Source: Candidatus Saccharimonas aalborgensis
GTDB taxonomy: Bacteria; Patescibacteriota; Saccharimonadia; Saccharimonadales; Saccharimonadaceae
Assembly: GCF_000392435.1 (NCBI RefSeq)
Contig: NC_021219.1
Coordinates: forward strand, 210,001-242,000
DNA length: 32,000 nt
Direction of reading: 5' to 3'
A model generated the notes under the pieces. That model did not search any database, was not told the origin of the DNA, and saw only the letters and a program-made list of their open reading frames with translations. Shown one piece after another: positions 1 through 11,742 of this stretch. The position numbers and the translations under genes are program-made. Position 1 is the first letter of the stretch, and each line of letters opens with the position of its first letter.

Positions 1-89
1 GTTGGCGCCAAAAACATGAGAGCGATTGTTCGCTTGTCATGCCATAATTGCTCAATGATTCGCCATGCTGTTGCAAGAGTTACCCTCAA
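1..89 (-). CDS. ABC transporter permease, N-terminal fragment (runs off window start)
   Basis: Minus-strand open frame after the ABC ATPase stop, with TTG start: (M)RVTLATAWRIIEQLWHDKRTIALMFLAPT, typical of ABC-2 type permease N-termini. Overlooked by the ORF track because it is partial and lacks ATG. Confidence 0.55.
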   Translation of the reverse strand, partial: MRVTLATAWRIIEQLWHDKRTIALMFLAP

Positions 90-97
90 ATGGTAGA

Positions 98-802
98 TCA
101 TTTTTGCTCCTCAATCATTGCGACAAAGGCGTCGCCAACGGTCGATTTTTTTGTTCTGACGAGAAGTGCTTTTTTGCTATCGTTCCATAGCATTTCGCCT
201 GCCCGCAATAAGACTAACTCATCGCAGCGTTCTGCCTCATCCATGACATGACTCGAAATGAGAAGTGTCTTTCCCTTTTTGGCGAGTTTATCAAACAACT
301 GCCACAGATCGTTTCTTAAAATGGGGTCCAGGCCAACGGTTGGTTCATCAAGGACGAGAAGATCGGGATTACCGATCAATGCGACTGCTAAGTTTACACG
401 AGCCCGCTGCCCACCTGACAAATTGTCGACAAGACGTTTGCGATAGCGTGTCATATCTACCTCTTTAAGCACACGCTCAACCTCATGCGCATGAGCACCA
501 CTCACCCGCGCAAAATAGCGCAGGTTCTGTTCAACCGTGAGATCACCATATACTGCAGGGGCTTGCGTCGCATAGCCAATCCTTGATCGTAGTAACGCAT
601 TCCCAGCAGGAATACCAAATACCATGAGAGATCCCCGATACCGCTGAACACCAACTATCACTCTCATCAGGGTTGTTTTGCCGCTGCCACTTGGTCCCAC
701 AAGACCAATGAGTTTACCCGGGGGAATAGAGAAGGTTACATTATGAATAATTTTCTGATTATTTCGACTGACCAGCAGACCGCTAGCAACTATTGCATCC
801 AT
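98..802 (-). CDS. ABC transporter ATP-binding protein
   Basis: Walker A GPSGSGKTT, signature LSGGQRARVNLA, Walker B LLVLDEPTVGLD, H-loop SSHVMDE. Confidence 0.97.
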   Translation of the reverse strand: MDAIVASGLLVSRNNQKIIHNVTFSIPPGKLIGLVGPSGSGKTTLMRVIVGVQRYRGSLMVFGIPAGNALLRSRIGYATQAPAVYGDLTVEQNLRYFARVSGAHAHEVERVLKEVDMTRYRKRLVDNLSGGQRARVNLAVALIGNPDLLVLDEPTVGLDPILRNDLWQLFDKLAKKGKTLLISSHVMDEAERCDELVLLRAGEMLWNDSKKALLVRTKKSTVGDAFVAMIEEQK

Positions 803-824
803 ATGACCATTGTATCACTCAATA

Positions 825-4794
<3,970 letters not shown>

Positions 4795-4801
<7 letters not shown>

Positions 4802-5676
4802 TTGTGCATATCCTTCTTGAGACGAGCTATCCTTGCCTCGAGAGGAGGGTGCGTACTAAAAAGCTGGGCGATGAGACCCGGCTTCAACGGATTAGAAAAA
4901 AACAAGTGAGCAGTCGAGGTGCTTTGACGACGCATCGGTTGACCATATTCCATAAGTTTTTCGAGCGCGCTTGCCAACCCCTCAGGATCACGTGTTGAAA
5001 ACACTCCTGTGGCGTCGGCCAGATATTCGCGCTGGCGGCTGATCGCCATCTGGATCATCGCGGCAATAAGCGGTGATATAAGTATCAGCACAAAGCCAAT
5101 CACATAAAACAGTGGGCTGTTTGCGTTGTCTTCGCGGTCGTCTCCCCCAAACCACATCAGGCGAAATGCCATGTCCGACAAGAGGCCGATAGCACTCACC
5201 AAACCAAACGCAATCATGCTAACACGTATATCGTAGTTGCGCACATGACCCATCTCGTGAGCAATCACCGCCGTCAGCTCGCGGTTGTCCATGATCTCGA
5301 GTAATCCTGTTGTTGCCGCCACTACTGCATGTTCGGGATCACGACCAGTCGCGAACGCATTTGGTGAAGGGTCATCGATAAGACATACTTTTGGCATTGG
5401 CATGCCTGTGGTGATCGATAGATTTTCGACAGTACGCCATAGACGAGGACTGTCTGCTTTGGTGATTTCCCGCGCACCAGTTGTTACGAGCGCTAGCTTA
5501 TCGGCAATGACGTACTGAATCAATGCGTATACACCAGCAACAACGAGTACACCAATTCCTATACTTGACTGTCCATTGATTGCACCCACGAGCCACCCAA
5601 TAGCACCCACAAATCCAACGAATACCGTCATAATCATGACGGTATTTCGTTTGTTTGCTGCGATTGCCTTATACAT
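4795..5676 (-). CDS. htpX: M48 family membrane zinc metalloprotease HtpX
   Basis: HEMGHVRNYD zinc motif, N-terminal TM pair, SRQREYLADATGVFSTRDP. Confidence 0.95.
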
Positions 5677-5692
5677 GAATTGCTAGTCGAGA

Positions 5693-6268
5693 CTAGAACT
5701 TGACTTCAACGGGTTTCTCAACAGCTGCGCGATCCTCGACCTCAAAGAACTCGCGTTGCTTGAAACCAAGCATACCTGCAATCGTATTTGCCGGGAACAT
5801 CTGAATCTTAGTGTTGAGGCTGCTAACACCACCATTGTAGAAGCGTCGTGCTGCCTGTATCTTATCCTCGGTATCAACCAGCTCGTTTTGCAGTTGGAGG
5901 AAGTTTTCATTTGCCTTGAGCTGAGGATAGTTCTCTGCTACCGCAAAAAGGCTCTTGAGAGCACCCTCGAATTGATTTTCTGCTTGAGCAGTTGCTTTTG
6001 GCCCCTGAGAGCTGGCATTGACAACGTTTGCCCTGGCTTCGGTGACATTTTCAAATACTTGTTTCTCGTGCGCTGCGTAGCCTTTAACCGCCTCTACAAG
6101 ATTTGGAATAAGGTCGGTACGCCGCTTAAGCTGGACGGTGATATCGCTCCACGCTTCATCGACACGTACTTTGAGTTTGACAAGACCGTTGTACGTTGCC
6201 CAAACAAAGAGGACAAGCAAAACAACCACACCGCCCACGATGAGTAAGGTTACTGTTACTGGATCCAT
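5693..6268 (-). CDS. lemA: LemA family protein
   Basis: N-terminal TM, then YNGLVKLKVRVDEAWSDITVQLKRRTDLIPNLVEAVKGYAAHE; upstream of htpX, a common pairing. Confidence 0.96.
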   Translation of the reverse strand: MDPVTVTLLIVGGVVVLLVLFVWATYNGLVKLKVRVDEAWSDITVQLKRRTDLIPNLVEAVKGYAAHEKQVFENVTEARANVVNASSQGPKATAQAENQFEGALKSLFAVAENYPQLKANENFLQLQNELVDTEDKIQAARRFYNGGVSSLNTKIQMFPANTIAGMLGFKQREFFEVEDRAAVEKPVEVKF

Positions 6269-6391
6269 GAGTTCTTTTACCCTTTCTTTCTCTACTTTTA
6301 CTGTCTACAGTATACCACTCGCCGCGCTAAAAGAATAGCTCAACCTATCATGACATCCTAGCAGGACAAAGACTGTCTAGTATTTGTTGAA

Positions 6392-6769
6392 TTAATTACC
6401 CGACTCCGCGTCTAAAGCATGACGGTGTCTCACATACTCTTCGATCGTCTGGGCGTCAGAAAATACTAGATAATATTCCCGCCTGTATGCTTCTTGAACA
6501 CTAAGGGGTTCGTCACCCGTCAGGTCTCTTGTTGTGTCTTTTTTCGAATATAGTTGAGCAAACCTCACATAATCAAATGATTCCTTATTGGGGTTGGCTG
6601 CTATTGCCTCAGCGATCGCCTCTGCAATTGTTCGATCTTGCTCTGCAAGCGTAGCCGCCATAAGTGATTCGTGAGTAGGGCCAGGTACAAATCCATCGGG
6701 CACAAGGTTATTTGTGCTGTCATGCTTGGGTGGTGAAAATTCCGTACCGTTCATTTTACTTATCTCCAT
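6392..6769 (-). CDS. Hypothetical acidic 125 aa protein, last gene of the zeta/Fic-HD set
   Basis: ORF 15 nt downstream of the HD gene on the same strand; no recognised family. Confidence 0.7.
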   Translation of the reverse strand: MEISKMNGTEFSPPKHDSTNNLVPDGFVPGPTHESLMAATLAEQDRTIAEAIAEAIAANPNKESFDYVRFAQLYSKKDTTRDLTGDEPLSVQEAYRREYYLVFSDAQTIEEYVRHRHALDAESGN

Positions 6770-6784
6770 TTCTATTATAACGTA

Positions 6785-7378
6785 TCACTCTTTAATTTTA
6801 CTAGATATCTCTTGATCCAGCTTCGACCGTAACAGATTAGCAAATAAATGTACCGACGAGTTGAGTAGTGACGCTGCCTTATTATGTGTCAAGAACTCAC
6901 TGGAGCCAAGAACTGTCATTGTGCGTTCCATAATTGGCCTAAAAAAATCGTTTCCCCATTCGATACCAAGCTGGTGTAGATTATAAGCAACACTGGTCGT
7001 GTTATCGATTAGATCTCCATACTTAATAATTCGTACTTCCTCGGGCGCAGAGGCAATTTGCTGCATATATTTGTCAGTGTGATAATCATCCTCGTGGTTG
7101 GTCAGTAGTTCAATAAATGATAGTACACGTTCTCCATACTGATCGCGCAAAAGTTCGCGAGGAATATCCGTATCTTCGAGCAAATCGTGACCCAGCGCCG
7201 CCAGAGTGATATCCTCTAGTAACCCTTTATCCCTAACAGAGCCGGTGGCTGTAAGCGCATATTCAACAATATTTGCAACATTTTGACAATGTATCGTAAC
7301 GGGCACGTCACCCCTAAACTGCCCCTTATGCCACTGACTAACCGTATCTAGCATCTGTCTATGTTTATCGCTTATCAT
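6785..7378 (-). CDS. HD-domain hydrolase of RelA/SpoT or MESH1 (small alarmone hydrolase) type
   Basis: N-terminal H...HC, AALGHDLLEDTDIP (HDxxEDT signature), YGERVLSFIELLT, IIKYGDLIDNT. Confidence 0.8.
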   Translation of the reverse strand: MISDKHRQMLDTVSQWHKGQFRGDVPVTIHCQNVANIVEYALTATGSVRDKGLLEDITLAALGHDLLEDTDIPRELLRDQYGERVLSFIELLTNHEDDYHTDKYMQQIASAPEEVRIIKYGDLIDNTTSVAYNLHQLGIEWGNDFFRPIMERTMTVLGSSEFLTHNKAASLLNSSVHLFANLLRSKLDQEISSKIKE

Positions 7379-9603
7379 ATGCCCCCATTATCAGTTTTTA
7401 CCATTGACTTATAGTACTGCAGGAAATCTTGCCAAGCCGCTCTATCCGCGATCTGATCAACTCTGACTATACTCCTTGGAGCGTGTTTATAATACTCATC
7501 ACGTCCACCCTTATAGCTCGGCAATGATAAACCGGCACGCATCAAGACAAAGGAGGAGATAGCTTTAGCTGTTTTACCACAGCCATCAGCAAAAAAGTGG
7601 TCAACAAGGTCTATATGGTACTCACAAAAAGCAGCAACCTCGACGGGGTCACTATCGGGGTTGGTTAGTTTTTGATGTAACTCCTCATAAAACTGTTCCA
7701 TGGCAGCAGGCAATTCGTCAAGTCTAGTGTATGGATATTTATCGGAGTCTTCGCCAGTTCTGATAAGAGAACCTTCCTTTACAATACCGTCATTAATCTG
7801 AGCAGCAATAGACTCAACTAATTGTCTAACTTTGCTGGCTGATGAAAAATCTGCGTCTCTTTGTTCAAAAGCCAATGATATCGCCTTATCAAAGTTTGCT
7901 TTAGCTCTTGCTGCGGCTTCATCACCATCGATGGATTCCATACTGGCTGCTTTTGTACTACTCGCCGATGTGTCGATTGTGCCGTTAGCGGTTCGGGAAG
8001 TAGCCAATAGATTATGATTAGCGTCAGCCAAATAACCCTTAAGCTCTTGAGCGGTACCCGCACCTGCCATTATGTCCACCGCTCGGCGTAACGTCTTGCC
8101 CTTAAACCCTCCAAGTCTAGCCGCAACCTTCGCGGCATGTTCACGGCCCTTCTCGCTATTATCGTAGGATGAATTACAGTGTTGCTGTATAAAGGCATCG
8201 TCAATTACCGTGTTACCCAGTACCTCCGCATCAGCTTCCGCTTGCTCAGGCGTACTAAATAATCTAGCGTAAAGTTCTTGTCGTTTCTGATCGACAACAA
8301 CTTTACCATCAATTAGAACAGCTACCACTACAGGTCTTCGCTCATCTGGGTCAAATGCCATAAGCATGTACCCATCAACTGCCGTATTGCTACCAGTCTC
8401 AACCTGCTTTATAAGCTCAGACCTATTTGCTCTAATACCGACAAAACCTTTGATTATTGCATCAAATGGCACATTAGGATCTTCGCCACCTTTTTCGCGC
8501 ATTAATACGCCCACCAGTGAGGATTCTAGCGGTACGTCGACATCAAGAATCCGTACATTACGTTCCGTCTCAGAAGCATTTGCTAAGATGTCCTCTATAT
8601 CTCCGGGGGTTTCGTTGCGCTTATCTAGTACTACTGACATATCAGGATCTGTTAATTGTCGCTCGATTCTTCGGCTTATCATCGATCCCTCATCGTGTAC
8701 TTGTGCGGCACTGATATCTGGGTCACCCTCTCTCAAGGCAAACTTATAGGAATCAGGGTTGATTGCACCCGAGGGTTCTCCCCTTCCGTCTAATATTCCA
8801 GCGAACATTTCGTGACCAGCGCTTAAAGCACGGGTTTTTCCAGATGCAGTATTACCACGCAGAGCATAGATTGTCGGCTTTGGATTTTTTTCTTTGAGCC
8901 TTTCGGAAAGTGCGTGAGCTTTTAAGATTGCTTCTTCGAAAACACTTTCGTGCAACTTGCGCCTTTCAGAATCCCAGCTTTCCGGATTATCAAGCAGGGA
9001 TTTCCTCTCCTGTTTGCTTAAACTATCTAGATTAGCTGATGTAAAGGATTCTATGGAAGAAGTGGTGGTTTCTTTGAGTCGTTTAATCTTAGCTTTGTAG
9101 ACCTCTCGCGCCGCGTGTTCAGGAGTTCTAAGCACCCCTTCAACACGATCAATTTCTTTTGCTATCGCTTCGGCAGTTTCGGGATCTTCTGCTGCTATCT
9201 CTACAGTTGCATCTACTAACTCTTGATCAAAACCATCTCTCTCTAATGTTTCTATGGGGTTACTCCTGCCCACTAAACCCCCGGCTACTGTCTGCTCAGC
9301 AGCTGCTCCAACTGCTTCCGTTATTCTTTCGCTGTCCCCCGGGCCCCTCATTTCATAAGCACCGGCATCGGCTATTGTACGCTCAGCGACATAGGTTAGC
9401 GCCTCACCAGTCTGTTGCTCAAGTTCGGGAGAAGTCAGAGGATTTACATGTTCTTTAATCCAAGATTTTGCACCATCAATCTTATCCCTAATTTTTTCCA
9501 TCAATGGTCGGCGACTTTCTGTTTCAGGGGATTGAAGTGGTACAACTGGAATATTTTCTGGGTTTCTATTTTGTATCACATACAAATTATACGAAAAGCT
9601 CAT
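7375..9603 (-). CDS. Multidomain protein: helical N-terminus, zeta-toxin-like P-loop kinase, C-terminal Fic-like domain
   Basis: Walker A GNTASGKT at 8833-8856, INPDSYKFAL, HDEGSMISRRIERQL, SVVLDKRNET; C-terminal AAFCEYHIDLVDHFFADGCGKTAKAISSFVLMRAGLSLPSYKGGRDEYYKHA (Fic core at 7570-7599). Start placed at MSFSYNLYV. Confidence 0.85.
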   Translation of the reverse strand: MSFSYNLYVIQNRNPENIPVVPLQSPETESRRPLMEKIRDKIDGAKSWIKEHVNPLTSPELEQQTGEALTYVAERTIADAGAYEMRGPGDSERITEAVGAAAEQTVAGGLVGRSNPIETLERDGFDQELVDATVEIAAEDPETAEAIAKEIDRVEGVLRTPEHAAREVYKAKIKRLKETTTSSIESFTSANLDSLSKQERKSLLDNPESWDSERRKLHESVFEEAILKAHALSERLKEKNPKPTIYALRGNTASGKTRALSAGHEMFAGILDGRGEPSGAINPDSYKFALREGDPDISAAQVHDEGSMISRRIERQLTDPDMSVVLDKRNETPGDIEDILANASETERNVRILDVDVPLESSLVGVLMREKGGEDPNVPFDAIIKGFVGIRANRSELIKQVETGSNTAVDGYMLMAFDPDERRPVVVAVLIDGKVVVDQKRQELYARLFSTPEQAEADAEVLGNTVIDDAFIQQHCNSSYDNSEKGREHAAKVAARLGGFKGKTLRRAVDIMAGAGTAQELKGYLADANHNLLATSRTANGTIDTSASSTKAASMESIDGDEAAARAKANFDKAISLAFEQRDADFSSASKVRQLVESIAAQINDGIVKEGSLIRTGEDSDKYPYTRLDELPAAMEQFYEELHQKLTNPDSDPVEVAAFCEYHIDLVDHFFADGCGKTAKAISSFVLMRAGLSLPSYKGGRDEYYKHAPRSIVRVDQIADRAAWQDFLQYYKSMVKTDNGGI

Positions 9604-9653
9604 GTTATTTACCACACCAGTGAATAAACAAGTAACGATGGTAGAATTAGTAT

Positions 9654-10694
9654 ATGAAACACTTCCAAACCCTTCCCAAACTCTCACCGGGCGACCAAGT
9701 TGGTATTATTTCACCGTCTGCGGGACTACCAGGACTCTTTCCATGGGTACAAGATTTGGGCCTAGAGCGCATGCGAGATATATTCGGTCTTATTCCTGTA
9801 GAATATCCCACCACACGTATGATGAATGCTTCGCTTGAGGACAGAGCGCGCGATATCATGGCCGCATTTGCCGACCCGAACAACAAAGCAGTGTTTGCTT
9901 CTATAGGCGGTAATGATCAGATAAAACTTATCAAGTACCTTGACCCACAGGTATTCAGAGATAATCCAAAGCCGTTTTTTGGCTATAGCGACAATACACA
10001 TTTGCACAATTTCTTGTGGAATTTGGGTATACCATCGTACTATGGCGGCGGTATTATGAATCAATTTGGTATGAATGTCCGAATGTTTGATATGACGATA
10101 GATTCTCTCAAGCACGCCCTATTTAACAAGGGCGAATTTCCTCTTGATATCGCAAATAACTATAATGATGAGGGCTTAGACTGGTCAGTAAAAAATAACT
10201 TGGCGTTGGAACGCAAACTTGAACCAAACGATGGCATATACTGGGATGGCACCACAAACGCTAAAGGTATTTTGTGGGGTGGCTGCGTAGAAAGCCTAGT
10301 GGCTCAAATGGCAACAGCAAAATATCTACCAAGTGATAAAGACATTGATGGCACAATCTTAGTATTGGAGACCTCGGAGAACATACCTCAACACTGGATT
10401 ATTGAATATCTACTAGTAGGACTAGGTGAGCGCGGCTGGCTGGATAAGTTCCAGGCTGTGTTAGTTGGAAGACCAAAGGCGTGGGAATTTAACAAACAGA
10501 TGACGCCGCAACAAAAAGCAGACTACCGAGATCAACAACGCAAAACGGTTGTAGGTACTATACGCCAATATAACGCACGTATTCCGATCGTCCAAAATAT
10601 TGACTTCGGACATACCGATCCCCAAACGGTATTACCCCTCGGCCAGAAAGCGCGAGTCATAGTAGATAAGCAAATAATATACTTGAGTTACTAA
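9654..10694 (+). CDS. S66 family LD-carboxypeptidase / MccF-like serine peptidase
   Basis: LSPGDQVGIISPSAG, ASIGGNDQIKLIKYLD, nucleophile context FFGYSDNTHLHNFLW, KGILWGGCVESL. Confidence 0.93.
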   Translation: MKHFQTLPKLSPGDQVGIISPSAGLPGLFPWVQDLGLERMRDIFGLIPVEYPTTRMMNASLEDRARDIMAAFADPNNKAVFASIGGNDQIKLIKYLDPQVFRDNPKPFFGYSDNTHLHNFLWNLGIPSYYGGGIMNQFGMNVRMFDMTIDSLKHALFNKGEFPLDIANNYNDEGLDWSVKNNLALERKLEPNDGIYWDGTTNAKGILWGGCVESLVAQMATAKYLPSDKDIDGTILVLETSENIPQHWIIEYLLVGLGERGWLDKFQAVLVGRPKAWEFNKQMTPQQKADYRDQQRKTVVGTIRQYNARIPIVQNIDFGHTDPQTVLPLGQKARVIVDKQIIYLSY

Positions 10695-10747
10695 ATCTCA
10701 GAAAAGCCAGAAAAACAGAGGCGAACTTGAATATTATTCCAACCTGG

Positions 10748-10830
10748 TGCGCGGGGCGGGAATCGAACCCGCACGACTTTTGGTCAAGGGATTTTAAGTC
10801 CCTCGCGTCTACCTATTCCGCCACCCGCGC
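10748..10830 (-). tRNA. tRNA-Leu (anticodon TAA)
   Basis: Reverse complement GCGCGGGTGGCGGAATAGGTAGACGCGAGGGACTTAAAATCCC...GGGTTCGATTCCCGCCCCGCGCA; 7 bp acceptor stem, long variable arm, CTTAAAA anticodon loop. Confidence 0.95.
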
Positions 10831-10852
10831 TCAACTTTAGTATACTAGAAAT

Positions 10853-11443
10853 ATGAAGCAAATCCTCATAATTCATGGTGGTGAAAGTTACAATTCATAC
10901 AACGCCTATTTGACGAAGCTGCGATCAAAGCGTGTTGACTATGACCGCCTAAAGGTTCATCAGAAATGGAAACCATGGATCGCAAATCAAATAAAAGATG
11001 CCGACGTACTCCTTCCTGAGTTTCCCAATGCGTGGAATGCTGTCTACGATGAGTGGAAATTATATTTTGAGAAACTCATCCCCTTCTTCGGCAATGACGT
11101 TCAGTTAGTGGGGCATTCCCTCGGCGCTATGTTTTTGGCAAAATACCTTCATGAGGTTCCGCTCAAACAAAAAGTGAAGCGACTTATTTTGGTCGCACCG
11201 GTTTACGACAATGACTTTACGGGAGATAATGGTAGTTTTCTCGTTGGTGACGCACGTGGTCTCGATAAGAGTGCGAATGAAATCCACTTGTTTCATAGCA
11301 AAGATGACCCTCTCGTGCCATTTGCTGAACTAACAAAGTTTCACCGTGATTTGCCCGATGCCATAGTTCATACGTTTGAAAACCGTGGGCATTTCATCGA
11401 GGAGACATTTCCCGAGATGCTCGAACTCCTCAAAAAGAAATAA
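10853..11443 (+). CDS. Alpha/beta hydrolase (RBBP9/YdeN-like)
   Basis: ILIIHGGESYNSYNAYL, VGHSLGAMFLAKYL, SKDDPLVPFAE, NRGHFIEE. Confidence 0.85.
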   Translation: MKQILIIHGGESYNSYNAYLTKLRSKRVDYDRLKVHQKWKPWIANQIKDADVLLPEFPNAWNAVYDEWKLYFEKLIPFFGNDVQLVGHSLGAMFLAKYLHEVPLKQKVKRLILVAPVYDNDFTGDNGSFLVGDARGLDKSANEIHLFHSKDDPLVPFAELTKFHRDLPDAIVHTFENRGHFIEETFPEMLELLKKK

Positions 11444-11467
11444 CCTCGAGCCATCGAGATTATTTCA

Positions 11468-11541
11468 TGGAGGCACGTATGGGAGTTGCACCCATCTACG
11501 CGGTTTTGCAGACCGCTGCGTAACTGCTCCGCCAACGCGCC
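11468..11541 (-). tRNA. tRNA-Cys (anticodon GCA), CCA encoded, atypical T-loop
   Basis: Reverse complement GGCGCGTTGGCGGAGCAGTTACGCAGCGGTCTGCAAAACCGCGTAGATGGGTGCAACTCCCATACGTGCCTCCA; acceptor GGCGCGT/ACGTGCC pairs with one G-U. Confidence 0.85.
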
Positions 11542-11585
11542 ACGTTTTTTAGTATAACAAATAGATTAGCTTTGGTCTCTCGGAA

Positions 11586-11614
11586 TAATAAGAGATGCCT
11601 TGGAGGCATCTTAT
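11586..11614. terminator. Hairpin with A/T-rich flanks between two tRNA genes
   Basis: AATAAGAGATGCC-TTGGA-GGCATCTTATT: near-perfect inverted repeat with 2-nt bulge. Confidence 0.5.
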
Positions 11615-11617
11615 TTG

Positions 11618-11705
11618 TGGTGCACTGAAGAAGACTTGAACTTCCACGATCGCAATGATCACTAGCCCCTCAAGCTAGCGCGTCTACCAATTCCGCCACC
11701 AGTGC
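11618..11705 (-). tRNA. tRNA-Leu (anticodon GAG), CCA encoded
   Basis: Reverse complement GCACTGGTGGCGGAATTGGTAGACGCGCTAGCTTGAGGGGCTAGTG...GGAAGTTCAAGTCTTCTTCAGTGCACCA. Confidence 0.93.
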
Positions 11706-11742
11706 ATATCACCTGTTGGATACCCCCATAGTATACTGCAAT

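Noticed and set aside
9159-9627. Plus-strand ORFs 9159-9458 and 9415-9627
   Set aside because: Antisense to the zeta/Fic gene N-terminus, compositionally odd, no SD or -10/ATG spacing.
9654-10694. Calling this gene mccF with microcin C immunity function
   Set aside because: S66 membership is clear but the sequence alone does not separate MccF-type from LdcA-type activity.
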